Shown here one piece after another: positions 15,751 through 29,300 of a stretch of DNA of 64,000 bases. The DNA comes from the human T2T-CHM13v2.0 reference genome, Homo sapiens: the NCBI RefSeq assembly GCF_009914755.1, contig NC_060929.1; one strand, written 5' to 3'. The translations under genes were made by a program, and so were the position numbers. The notes under the pieces were generated by a model that was not told where the DNA came from, made no database searches, and saw nothing but the letters and a program-made list of their open reading frames with translations. Each line of letters opens with the position of its first letter. Within the stretch, counting starts at the first letter, position 1.

Positions 15751-17663
15751 TTATTTTTTTATTTTTAATTTTTGTGGGTACATAGTAGGTACCCATATTA
15801 ATAGGGTACATAATATATTTTGGTACAGGGCATGCAATGTGTAATAATCATATCATGGAAAATGGGGTATCCATCCCCTCAAGCATTTATCCTTTGCATT
15901 ACAAGCAATCCAATTATGCACCTTTAGTTATTTTTAAATGTACAATTAAATTATTATTGGCTATAGTCCCTTTTTATGCTATCAAATACTAAAATGCTAG
16001 GTCTTATTCATTCTTCCTATTTTTTTTGTTCCCATTTACCATCCCCACCTTCCCCCCCGACCCCCTGTATCCCCCCACTACCCTTCGTAGCCTCTGGCAA
16101 CCATCATTCTATTCTTTATCTCCATGAGTTCAATGAGTTTGATTTTTAGATCCCACAAATAAGTGAGAACATGTGACGTTTGTCTTTCTGTGCTTGGTTT
16201 ATTTCACTTAACATAATGACCTCCAGTTCCATCTATGTTGTTGCAAATGACAGAATCTCATTCTTTTTTATGGTGGAATAGTACTCCATTGTTTATAAGT
16301 ATCACATTTTATTTATCCATTCAGCTATTGATGGACACCTAGGTTGCTTCCAAATCTTGGCTGCTGTGAGCAGTGCTTTAACAAGAGAATGCAGATATCT
16401 CTTTGATATATTGATTTCGTTTTGGGGAGGTATATACCTAAAGTGAGATTGCCAAATCATATGATAGCTGTATTTTTAGTTTTTTGAGGAACCTCCAAAC
16501 CATTCTCCATAGTGGTTGTGCTAATTTACATTCTTGCCCACAGTGTATAAGACTTCCTTTTTCTCCGCATCCTTGGCAGCATTTGTTACTGTCTGTCTTT
16601 TAGATATTTGCCATATAAATGGGTGAGATAGTTTTGATTTGCATTTCTCTTGGTAGTTTTGATTTGCATTTCTCTGTTGACCAATGATGTTAAGTACCTT
16701 TTCATATGCCTGTTTGCCATTTGTACATCTTCTTCTGAGAAATGTCTATTGAAATATTTAGCCCATTTTTTAATTGGATTACTAGAGTTTCCTGTGGAGT
16801 TATTTGAGCTCCTTCTATATTCTGGTTATTAATCCCTTGTCAGATGGGTAGTTTGCAAACATTTTCTCCCATTCTGTGGGTTGCTCTTCACTTTGTTGAT
16901 TGTTTCCTTTGCTGTGCAGAGGCTTTTCAACCTGATGTGATCCTATTTGTCCATTTTTTGTTTGGTTGCCTGTACTTGCGGAGTGTCACTCAAGAAATTT
17001 TTGCCCAGACAAATGTCCTGCAGATTTTCTCCAATGTTTTCTTTTTTCTCTCTTTTTTTTTTTTTTTTTTTTTTGAGACGAAGTCTCACTCTGTCACCCA
17101 GGCTGGAGTGCAAGGACCCCGATCTCGGCTCATTGTAACCTCCACCTCCTGGGTTCAAGTGATTCTCCTGCCACAGCCTCCTGAGTAGCTAGGATTACAG
17201 GTGCCTGCCACCACGCCCAGCCAATTTTTGTATTTTTAGTAGAGACAGGGTTTCACCATGTTGGTCAGGTTGGTCTCGAACTCCTGACCTTGTGATCTGT
17301 CTGCCTCGGTCTACCAAAATGCTGAAATTACAGGCGTGAGCCACCACTCCCAGCTGCAATGTTTTCTTACAGTAGTTTCATAGTTTAAGGTCTTAGATTA
17401 AGTCTCTAGCCCATTTTGATTTGATTTTTGTGTAAAGTGAGAAATAGGGATCAAGTCTCATTCTTGTACATATGGATACCCAGTTTTCCCAGTACCATTT
17501 GTTGAAGACACTGTCTTTTTCCTAATATATGTTCTTGGCACCTTTGCCTAAAATGAGTTCACTGTAGGTGTGTGGATTTGTTTCTGGGTGTTCTATTCTG
17601 TTCCATTGGTCATTGTGTCTGTTCTTATGCCAGTACCATGCTGTTTTAGTTTCTATAGCTCTG
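15751..17663 (-). mobile_element. 5'-truncated L1M(A) containing an Alu
   Basis: Antisense L1 3'UTR/ORF2; 15-bp TSD taggaRgtacatttt at 15736-15750 and 17664-17678. Confidence 0.88.
17045..17356 (-). mobile_element. AluS inside the L1
   Basis: Poly(T) followed by Alu body; TSD caatgttttctt on both sides. Confidence 0.93.
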
Positions 17664-18459
17664 TAGGAGGTACATTTTTTAAAATCAGGGTTTAAATTGG
17701 TATTTATTGGTTCAAATTTGGCTTATAGAATTTTATTTAACTCTTTTGAATTTTTTTACTATCTCTTAAAATGAATAATAATAGTGACCATCATTTATTT
17801 GCTTTATCTATATACCATACACAAACCGATTTCAAAATAACAATACCAATATCATTATTAACAATAAAACTATTGAATTTAAAGCCCTTTCTGTCCTTAG
17901 ACTATATAGCTTTACAAGAGTTTTCAGAAAGAATACTATTTTCTAGATTCATCTGATTATTTCCTCTATATGATTATGTTAGATTTTGATATATAGTGTC
18001 TTCTTTTAATATTTTCAATTTTATGGATTTTTTGGAACTTGTAAAATATTTACATACTCAAGTCAAAATTGCATAAAAGTATACTCCAATAAGCCTGGCT
18101 TTCATTTCTGGTCACTTAATCCTATTTATGTCCCCACCCCCACTCCTAAACAGTAAGTACTTTCATTAGTTTCTGGTCTACCTTCCAGTGTTTGTTTGTG
18201 TTTGTTGTTGTTGTTGTTGTTGTTGTTTTCTGCAAATATAAGCAGATCCACCACTCTACCTCTGCCTATTTACTTACCAGTATGCATGTATATTATACTT
18301 ACATAAATATACTTTTATTTCTCCTTATTTCTCCTCCTTTCTCACACACAAGATAACATATCTATTAGTCTCTCTGCATCTTCCTGAGGCTCATTCTTGA
18401 ATCACTCAGAAGTTATTCAGAGACAGAAGGGCCTGTTAAAAGACTGGGATTTTGCCCTT

Positions 18460-19160
18460 GTGTTAGTTCACTTGGACTACTGTAATAAGATATACAGATT
18501 GGGTAACTTATAAACAATAGAAATTTACTTCTGGGACAGTCGCGGTGGCTCATGCCTGTAATCCCAGCACTTTGGGAGGCCAAGACGGGCGGATCACGAG
18601 GTCAGGAGCTCGAGACCATCCTGGCTAATGTGGTGAAACCCTGTCTCTACTAAAAATACAAAACATTAGCCGGGCATGGTGGCAGGCACCTGTAGCCCCA
18701 GCTACTGGGGAGGCTGGCCGAGACAGGAGAATGGCGTGAACCTGGGAGGCGGAGCTTGCAGTGAGCCAAGATTGTGCCACTGGACTCCAACCTGGGCGAC
18801 AGAGTGAGACTCCGTCTCAAAAAAAAAAAAAAAAAACAGAAATTTACTTCTCACAGTTCTGGAGGCTGGGAAGACCAATATCAAGGCGCTAGCAGGTTCA
18901 GTGTCTGGTGAGAACCACTCTATGCTTCCAAGATGGCACTGTGTTGCTACATCTTCCAGAGGGGAGGGAAGCTGTGTCCTTACATGATGGAGAGGCAAAA
19001 GAAAACAAACTTGCTCCCTCAAGTGCTTTTATAAGGGCCCTAATCCCTTGAGGGTACTACCCACATGACATAACCACCTCCTAAAGGCCCCACCTATAAA
19101 TACTATCACATTCACAATTAAGCTGTAACAGAGGACTTCTGGGGGACACAGTCAGACTAT
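18460..19160 (-). mobile_element. MaLR (MST-like) LTR interrupted by an AluY
   Basis: cacagttctggaggctgggaag..caagg..ctagcaggttcagtgtctggtgag, continuous across the Alu. Confidence 0.75.
18533..18837 (+). mobile_element. AluY
   Basis: Diagnostic gagaccatcctggctaa and ggagaatggcgtgaacc...ggagcttgcagtg; TSD agaaatttacttct at 18519-18532 and 18838-18851. Confidence 0.93.
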
Positions 19161-19351
19161 GCGTTATCCAGTGCAACTTCAAGGAAGAGATAATTAGGTT
19201 GTTGGTGCTATAGTTAAATTTTATCTCAGACTACTGGGACTTGAAAAACACCTTTCCACAAAAATTATAGATTTTATTATCATGCTGACTATGGGGTGAA
19301 AGTCTGCAGTTAAGTGTGAGATCTTCAAATAGAAATATCTTGTTGGTGCTT

Positions 19352-19655
19352 TTATTTATTTATTTATTTTTTTTGAGATGGAGTCCCACCTTGTCATCCA
19401 GGCTAGAGTGCAGTGGCATGATCTCAGCTCACTGCAATCTCTGCTTCCCAGGTTCAAGCTATTCTCCTGCCTCAGCCTCCTAGGTAGTTGGAATTACAGG
19501 CACGAGCCACTATGCCCAGCTAATTTTTCTATTTTTAGTAGAAATGGGGTTTCCATGTTGGCCAGGCTGATCGTGAACTCCTCACCTCAGGCAATCCACC
19601 TGCCTCAGTTTCCCAAAGTACTGGGATTACAGGCATGAACCACTGCAGCCAGGCA
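19352..19655 (-). mobile_element. AluS
   Basis: Antisense Alu with (TTTA)n tail; TSD ttgttggtgctttta. Confidence 0.92.
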
Positions 19656-19781
19656 TTGTTGGTGCTTTTAAATGCAAGAAAGAATCAGTAGATTTCTCAG
19701 CTTTACCTAGAGGTGATCATTAGATTTCTGAGACTGAGTCAATTCTCCAAGAGAAAAAAATAAAGAGAAAAAACAAGAGAC

Positions 19782-20086
<305 letters not shown>

Positions 20087-20303
20087 GTCCCTTTGAATGA
20101 GGATATGCACACCTCTGAAAATGTTTCAAGGCGTACTGGGCTCCACAGAGACTTCTAAGGGAATTAGTTTACAGATAATCAGCTGTTACGTATTCTTTTC
20201 TAAAACTGATCTGATGGTACCACATGTCTGCTTTTTCTCCTTTCCCAATTTATTTTCCACAATTATCCTTCTTTAATTTAAAAAATGGAGGGCATACCTT
20301 TCA

Positions 20304-20352
20304 CCCACCCATCCATCTGTTCATCCATCTATCCATTCATCCATCTATTCAT
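20304..20352. repeat. (CCAT)n/(TCAT)n degenerate tetranucleotide repeat
   Basis: cccacccatccatctgttcatccatctatccattcatccatctattcatt. Confidence 0.75.
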
Positions 20353-20811
20353 TGAAACATACAATATTTTTCCCTGGTGCATTTTTTCACTAGCTATAAA
20401 CACCATTTGAGCCCCAAGAACAAAGGGAAAATTTGAAACTGTAGAGTTTCTTTAAGGAATATTAAAGTGCATGGGTCTTACTTCCTCTGAGTGACAAACC
20501 TATAGCAAGACTTCCTGCTTCATTCTTTGTTTTGGTTTTTTTTGTTGTTGTTCCTTTCTTTTTTTTTCCCTCAAGACAGAATTTGGCAACAAGATGGTTG
20601 TCACAGATACGGGTATTAGCACATTTGTTTGAGTTGAAACACAAAGTCATATTTTCTGATTGATTAGTTTGACAATGAAGGTTATGTTTGTCAATTAAAT
20701 TATAGTGGAAGTTGTTCATAAATTGAAAGTGCAGCTCCATTGTTTTGGGCAAAATATATTTAAGAGGCACATATAATTTTCCCCATATCAGATACATATT
20801 TTATTACTCTT

Positions 20812-23087
20812 TGTAGTAGTCTGTTCTCAAGCTACTAATAAAGACATTCCCGAGACTGGGTAATTTATAAAGGAAACAGGTTGAATTGACTCACAGTTCC
20901 ACATGGCTAGGGAGGCCTCACAATCATGGTGGAAGGCAAATGAGGAGCAAAGTCATGTCTTACATGGCAGCAGGCAAGAGAGCGTGTGCAAGGGAACTCT
21001 CCTTTATAAAACCATCAGATCTTGTGAGACTTATTCACTATCATAAGAACATCACAGGAAAGACCTGCCCCCATGATTCAATTACCTCCCACTAGGTCCC
21101 TCTCAGGACATGTGGGAATTATGGGAGCTACAATTCAAGATAAGATTTGGGAGGGGACACAACCAAACCATCTGATTTCACCCCTGGCCCCTCCCAAATC
21201 TCATGTCCTCACATTTCAAAACCAATCGTGCCTTCCTAACAGTCCCCCAAAGTCTTAATTCATTTCACCATTAACTCAAAAGTCCACAGTCCAAAGTCTC
21301 ATCTGAGACAAGGCAAGTCCCTTCTGCCTATGAGCCTATGAGCAAGTTAGTTACTTCCTAGATACAATGTGGGTACAGGCATTGGTTAAACACAGCCATT
21401 TCAAAAGGAAGAAATTTTCCAAAACAAAAGGACTACAGGCCCCATGCAAGTCCAAAATCCAATATGGCTGTCATTAAACCTTAAAGTTCCAAAATGATCT
21501 CCTTTGACTCCATGTCTCACATCCAGGTCACACTGATGCAAGAGGTTTACTCCCACAGCCTTGGGCAGCTCCACCCATGGCTTTGCAGGAAACAGCTCCC
21601 CCGCCGGCTGCTTTCACATCTGGCATTGAGTGTCAGTAGCTTTTCCAGGCACATGGTGCAAACTGTCAGTGGATCTGCATTCTGGGGTCTGGAGAATGGT
21701 GGTCGTCTTCTCACAGCTCCAGTAGGCAGTGCCCCAGTAGGGACTCTGTGTGGGAACTTGCACCCCACATTTCCCTTCCCATTGCCCTAGCAGAGGTTCT
21801 TCATGAGGACCCACCCCTACAACAAACTTCTGCCTGGACATCCAGGAGTTTCTATACATCCTCTGAAATCTAGGCAGAAGTTCTGTGTGCCCACAGGCTC
21901 AACACCACTTGGAAGCTGCCAAAGCTTAGGGCTTGCACCTTCTGAAGCCACGGCCCAAGCTGTACCTTGGCACCTTTAAGTCGTGGCTGGAGCAGTTAGG
22001 ATGCAGGCCATCAACTCCCTAGGTTGCACACAGCAAGGGAGTCCTGGGTCCAGCCTGGGAAACCATTTTTTCCTCCTAGGCCTCTGGGCCTCTGATGGGA
22101 GGGGCTGCTACAAAGTCTCTCACATGCCCTGGAGACATTTTCCCCATTGTCTTGGTGATTAACATTCAGCTCCTTGCTACTTATGCAAATTTCTGCAGCC
22201 AGCTTGAATTTCTCCTCAGAAAATGTTTTTTTCTTCTCTACTGCATCATTAGGCTGCAAATTTTCCAAACTTTTGTGGTCTGCTTTCTCTTGAATGCTTC
22301 ACTGGTTAGAAATTTCTAACTGTCTTTTAGATACACTAAATCATCTCTCTCTGGTTCAAAGTTCAACAGATCTTAGGGCAGGGGCAAAATGCCATCAGTC
22401 TCTTTGCATAGCAAGAATGACCTTTATTCCAGTTCCCAAAAAGTTCCTCAGTTCCATCTGAGACCACCTCAGCCTGGACCTTGTTGTCCATACTATCAGC
22501 ATTTTGCTCAAAACCATTCAACAAGTCTCTAGGAAGTTCAAAACTTTCCCACATCTTCCTATCTTCTGAGCCTTCCAAGTCTCTAGGAAGTTCCAAACAT
22601 TCCCACATTTTTCTATCTTCTTCTGAGCCCTCCAATCTGTTCTAACCTCTACTTGTTATGCAGTTCCAAAGTCACTTCCACATTTCAGGCATCTTTATAG
22701 CAGCACGCTACTCTACTGGTACAAATTTACTGTATTAGTTTGTTCTCACATTGCTAATAAAGACATGCCTGAGACTGGTAATTTATAAAGGAAAGAGGTT
22801 TAATTGACTCACAGTTCCACATGGCTGAGGAGGTCCCAGAATCATGGCAGAAGGCAAATGAAGAACAAAGTCATCTCCTACATGGTGGCAAGCAACAGAG
22901 TGTGTGCAGGGGAACTCCCCTTTAGATCAGATCTTGTGACACTTATTTACTATCATAAGAACAACATGGAAAATACCGACCCTCATGATTCAATTACCTC
23001 CCACTGGGTCCCTCCCAGGACACATGGGAATTATAGGAGCTACAATTCAAGATGAGATTTAGGTGGGGACACAGCCAAACCATATCA
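20812..23087 (-). mobile_element. Full-length THE1 (THE1C/D-like) MaLR provirus: LTR 20812-21175, internal 21176-22730, LTR 22731-23087
   Basis: Two homologous ~360-bp LTRs in the same orientation; THE1-int peptides (MWESFELPRDLLNGF); 5-bp TSD CTCTT at 20807-20811 and 23088-23092. Confidence 0.95.
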
Positions 23088-24509
23088 CTCTTTAATCTTA
23101 TGACAAAATCTACATGTCAACTTAAAAGTGTGTGAAGAGGTACATAATTTTCAAAAGTATTTTATTAGGGAGTCCAGTAAACAAAACATGTAAAGTCCTA
23201 TGAGTCAGAAGATAGGAAGGGACAGAAAATAACCAGAAAATGTCAGAGGCATAAAAGAAAACCAGAAGAGATGGCAGGAAAGACTCCAGGAAGTAAAGTG
23301 TAAAACATTGCAGGGAGGTCAAGTAGAACAATAATTAGAGGGTAATCTAATCTGTGTGAATGCAGTTTCTGTAGGTGGGACAGAGTGAACAGTCTATTTA
23401 GGTCATTCAAAAAGTTGGGAAGTGATGGTGATGAAAACTGAGTTCTATCTAGAATATTATCCAGCAAGATCATTGGGGTTATAACTGCTTAAAAAAGAAA
23501 AAGCACTTCAATATGTTGAAGAGTGAGGACTACTGAAGGAATATGATCTGGGGGAATGGGCAGAAGGAGAAAAATTCACCTTTGGGACAAGGAAGACAGC
23601 TGTTCTCTGAAGCTGGCAATGAGAAGAGGAGTTTGGAGACAGCTGAAGAGGAAGGAAGAAGCCAGAGCCTCCACCACAAGGTGACCATCTTCTCAGTAAA
23701 GCACAAAATGAAGTCATGTGCTGAGAGTAGCTATTTGGGTGGAGAGCAGAGAAGTAGTGAAGGGACTATTTGGAAGAACTTGCCAAGAAATCCGTAACAG
23801 AGGATTTGGAGAGAGGACCACTTCAGGATCATTGCTCATCCTAGCTTTCTGGTGAGTTTTTAAAGTGAAATTTTATCAACACTTCACTTTTAAGGTTTCT
23901 ATATTTGTCCAGTTTTCTATAGTGAAAAAGGAAGAAATAATTTTTTTTTAAAATAAAGGCTCCTCACACTCACCAAAGAAAAAGATCAAGGAGGTGTGGA
24001 CAAACAGTGTCACGAGCAAGCTCTCTTGGTACTGTAACGTAAAGGAAGAGTTTATTGCATTTATATGGAGTAACTCAATGTTTTTTAGTTCATTTGATCA
24101 GTCTTAAGTGCTTATAGAGATGTCCTTTTAAATTATCGACTAGTACTTTCAGGCAGTCTATCCATAGCCAAGCAAACCAGCTGAAAGGGTCAGCCATTCA
24201 ATCTTGCTTAAGTTGTATTGGTCCAGAGTATGATGGTTTCTAAAAATCAGCTTCATAGAAATCATGTTTATAACAAAGACACTAGTAACTGGGCATATGT
24301 ACAAAAATAGGGGGTGAGAAAGTAAAAAACAAACGAAAGAAATCAAAAACAAAACTACACACACACATTGCCAAACCAAGATTTTTAAGCAGCAGAGGGC
24401 AGCCTTCTCTTAAGTTTTGGTTTTAAAACATTTGCTCCCAAAGCAACCTAGCCCTTAACTTCTACAGTAATTTTTTTTTTTTTTTCTGCAGGTGATATAA
24501 ACAACACTG

Positions 24510-25030
24510 GGCACTAGTAAAGTGAAAAAGACAGATTTCTAATCAGTAATATACTATAGCAATGAGGAAAAGAGCCCAGTGTGAACTGTGGTCAAGTTTG
24601 ATTTGCACAAAGTTGACTCAGCATCTTAAGGGAGAATGAGGGAATAGGGAGTGAGTGAGCAGAGGCTCAGCAGAGCCAGGAAAGGGAAAAAATTACAAAA
24701 AGCAGGAAAAGGGGAGTTGCTCCATGTGAAACCCATCTGAGTTTGCTACTGACATGATCAAAGTTAAGCTCCTACTCTTCCACAGAGACTAGGAGACAAG
24801 GGCTCTATCTTCAGGTGTTGGCTGGAACAAACAGTGGATTCTTTTGGTAGCTTGAGGTTTTTTCAGGCAACACTTTAAGGGGCAGCTAGGGTCATCCTAG
24901 GGATGTGGCCTTGAGCTGTGAGAAACTGTTAGCGTTTGTTCCAAGTCTGCATAGGCCAAGGCTGGTACCTAGTAGAGAAAAGGCCCAACAAAGCCTGGGG
25001 AGAGTTTGGTCAAGAAGAGAGTCTTAGTCA
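24510..25030 (-). mobile_element. MER31-like ERV1 LTR
   Basis: gtttggtcaagaagagagtcttagtca end and cagtaatatactatagcaat segment resemble MER31. Confidence 0.6.
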
Positions 25031-25947
25031 CAGTGGAGAGTATCAATACTAGTTTTATTGACAAAAGCATAATTCCACCATTTCCTTCTACCAATAGGAT
25101 AATATTAGTGCTTCTTTATGACTTATTGACAGTAATTCTGCTTAGGGGCTGCCTTAGGTCCTCAACAGAATTTGGGAGACAACTTGAGAAATAGTTATTA
25201 TCTTTCTCTTAAGGGAACTCTTTGTCTTGCCCTTATCCCTTTAAACAACCCTCAAGAATTGAAGTGGTCACTTGTGTTTCTCCTATCCAGCATCCCTTCC
25301 CCTTCTTATAGTCAAAATGTCATTGCTAGCTGTTGGCAAACCATGCTTTGGAGTAGGGAGGACTTGTTGGCCTCATTCCTTAGCTTCAGGGTGGGTGTGT
25401 GAGCCTGGCTCAACCCATCAGAGCATCACACATCTCTAGCCACAGGATGTTCCAACAGTTGGCTTGGAACCTGACTCAGGCCAGTGACCAACTCTAGGAC
25501 TTCTGGAAGTGTAGAGAAGACAAGCATTCTTGCTACTATCCTGCCAGTGTATGGAGCCTGGAGCTGTAGGGACTTCCTAGAGGAAAGGGTACCAACCAGA
25601 AAAAGGAGAGACCAAGACCTGATGACATTTCTGAAACCCTGGATCCAATCATTTCATGTTTGTTTTATGTTAGTTTATTATGAAATATTTCACATATTCA
25701 AGAGGATTATTATAATGAATACCCATGTACTCTTCAGGCAGTTTGAGAAATAAAAGATTGCCAATGAAACTAAGTAAGCACATAGACTCTTTAGTTAGAT
25801 AGGTCAGTAAATCCACTTTGTGTAAGTCAGTTTGAGTTGTGGCTCTGTCCCCTGAAACAAAAGAACTCAAACGGAGTTTATATGTATGCAATAAAGCCTG
25901 TCCAAAAGACAATCTAGAGGCAAAGTGTAAAACTAAATAAATATTAA

Positions 25948-26335
<388 letters not shown>

Positions 26336-27119
26336 TAAACCTGAGGTCCCAGTGACCCTGGCCCCTATACTTGCCTACAATTGTCTTGTCTTGACATTCT
26401 GCTGCCTGAATCAGCTGAAAGCCCTTTTTATTCCACACAAATGTTCTTTTTTGACCAAGCCTAAAGGCCATACTTAGAAGCAGAAAATACGAAACAACCC
26501 CTGGCTCTGACCTTGTCTCCATCAGCCATCCAGTGTCTGGTCCACACTACAGCCCTGCCAGCTTCCTGACAAGCTGTGCATTTCTCATGGCACTTTCCAC
26601 ACCTGTTCTGCTGACCTCGGAGCCCCCCTGAATGGGCTTTGTAATTTCTCAACAAGCTGGTCTCAAAGCTCAGTGTGGATTCACTTCTCCTGAGAGCCTC
26701 ATCAAAGAGTGGGGATCTTGCCATTTCTACACTATCCAAGCCTGCACTTGCCCTCTAGTTTTCCAAAACAATTTACAGGCACACACTTAGATGATCAAAT
26801 TCTTAAAAAGAACAAGGATGATGAACAAAAAGAAACCAAGATGATGGTTACTCTGGAGACGAAAGATGAGAACATCATAGGGTGGGGCAAATTGGGGTTT
26901 CCAAAGTAGTGGTGATTTTTCAATTTCTTTACCTGAGTGTACTTATTTGTTATTCTCTAAACTATATAGGTACATTTGTATGTGTGTAAATATTTGTGTG
27001 TATATATATAATACACATACAAGTGCTGCATATGCTGTGTGATGTGTATTTATGTTTAGCACCATAAAGTCTATTATTTTAGCCCAAGATTACTCTCCAA
27101 GAATAATCCCTATTTTTTC

Positions 27120-29300
27120 ATTTATTAATAAGCAACATTTATTGAACCCCTTTTACATGATATGACAGACCCTGATAAATCAGACAGCAGTGAACAAAAA
27201 AGACATAACCCATCTTCTCATGAACTTAGCACTAAGTTTAGGAGGGATAAGAGTAACACAAAATATCAAAGTATTAGATAGTGCTACAAGCTATTATAAA
27301 AATGGAACAAGTTGGTATGAAAGTGAGCATCAGTGTGTGTGGGGTAACAGGGAGTGCCAGCATGTGCAGGGTGACAGTGAGAGCATGTGCGGAGATGAGA
27401 GCGACAATGTGTGTAGGGGTGACGTGTTTGTGTGTAGGGCTAACTATGATAATCGGCATAGGCATGAAGTGAGAGTATGTGTAGGGGTGACAGTGAGTGA
27501 CAGTATGTTTAGAGGTGACAGTGAGTGAGTGTGTGTAGAGGTAACAGTGAGTGGCAATGTGTGTAGTGGTGACAGAGCATGTGTAGCTGTGACAGGGAGT
27601 GACAGTGTGTGTAAGGTGGCCATGTGTGACAATATATATGGGGTGACAGTGAGAGACAATTTGTGTAGGGGTGACAGTGAGAGTGTGTGTAGGTATGACA
27701 GTGAATGACAGTATATGTAGGGTGACAGTGAGTAAGAGCATGTGTATGGGTGACAGTCAGTGACAATGTGTGTAGGGGTGACAGTGAGAGACAATGTGTG
27801 TACAACTGACAGTGCATGAGAGAATGTGCAGGAGTGACAGCAAGTGATAATGTGTGTAGGAGTGACAGCATGTGTAGGGGTGACAGTGAGGGGCAGCATG
27901 TGTAGGGGTGACAGTGAAGGACAGCATGTGTAGGGGTGACAGTGAGTGACAGCCTGTGTAGAGGTGACAGTGAAGGACAGCATGTATGGGGTGACAGTGA
28001 GTGACAGCATGTGTAGGGGTGACAATGAGGGATAGTATGTTTAGAGGTGACAGTGAGGGGCAGCATGCATAGGGATGATAATGAGGGACAGCATGTGAAG
28101 GGGTGACAGTGAGGGGCAGCCTGTGTAGGGGTGACAGGAAGTGACAGCATGTGTAGGGGTGACAGTGCAGGGCAGCATGTGTAGGGGTGACAGTGAGTGA
28201 AAACATGTAGAAGTGACAGTGAATGACAGCATGTGTAGGGGTGACAGTGAGGGACAGTATGTTTAGGGGTGATGATAAGGGGCAGCATGTGTAGGGGTGA
28301 CAATGAGGGACAGTATGTTTAGGGATGACAGGGAATAATGGCATGTGTAGAGGTGACAGTGAGGGGCAGCTTAGGTAGGGGTGACAGAGAGGGGCAGCCT
28401 GTGTAGGCGTGACAGTGAATGACAGCATGTGTAGGGGTGACAGTGAGGGACAGCATGTATAGAGATGACAGGGACAGCATATGTGAGGTGACAGTGAGGG
28501 ACAGCCTGTATAAGGGTGACAGTGAGGAACAGCCTGTGTAGGAATGATAGTGAGTGACACCAAGTGTAGGGGTGACAGGGAGGGACAGCATGTGTAGGTT
28601 TGACAGTGAATGACAGCATGTATAGTGGTGACAGAGGGGGGCAGCCTGTGTAGGGGTGTCAGTGAGGGCATGTGTGTGAAGGTGAGATGGAGTGACAGCA
28701 TGTGTAGTGATAACAATGAGAGCATGTGTAGGAATGATAATGTATGTAGAGTTGAGAGTGAGTGACAGTCTGTGTGTGGGTGACCATGACAGTGTGTATG
28801 GGTTGATAGTGAGTGACAGCATCTGTTGGGGTGCACTTCAAACTGGGCAGGTCACGGAAATCCTCGCTGGGGAGGGGATATGGAAGAGGAAGCCTCAGTG
28901 AGAAGGATGCAGGCATGGGAGGATTTAGGAGAAGAGCAGCATGGTAATGGGCATAGCTAGTGCAGGGCCTAAGGCAGGAAAGAACTGGGCGCACAGGAGG
29001 TGCAGAGAAAACAAGGGTCACTGGAGGCTAGTGACCTGGGGAGGACACAGGAGGAAATAATAGCAACAGGCAGCCGCCAGAGCATGGAGAGCCTTATAGC
29101 CTGTATTAGGGGTTGGGGTTTAATTCTAAGAGTATGAGTAGCCAGTAAAGGGTCTTATGCAGGGGGGCTGATGTGATCTGATTTATAATTTGGGAAATAT
29201 CGCTCTGCCAGCCGAAGGATGAGGTATTGTAGCATCGCCAGTGTAAGAAGAGCAGGAAGAGGCTATTGCAGTTGTGCAGGCAAGAGATGGTGTGATGTGA
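27120..29300 (-). mobile_element. L2 element split by the minisatellite
   Basis: L2 3'-end motif catttattgaacc at about 27136 and L2 body (ggtcacggaa..cctc...gtgcagggcctaaggcagg) resuming at about 28830. Confidence 0.65.
27325..28825. repeat. Minisatellite/VNTR with 28-bp unit CAGCATGTGTAGGGGTGACAGTGAGGGA, roughly 50 copies
   Basis: Direct 28-bp periodicity; homogeneous core about 27860-28670 with degenerate edges. Confidence 0.95.

Noticed and set aside
27325-28825. Possible CRISPR-like array (28-bp repeats)
   Set aside because: Units are head-to-tail with no unique spacers, there are no cas genes, and the DNA is human.
27274-28836. Long His/Cys/Thr/Pro-rich ORFs (up to 359 aa) on the minus strand that look like a metal-binding repeat protein
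   Set aside because: They are translations of the 28-bp minisatellite. The minus-strand unit lacks stop codons, and since 28 is not a multiple of 3 the same peptide appears in all three frames. No promoter, splice or poly(A) support.
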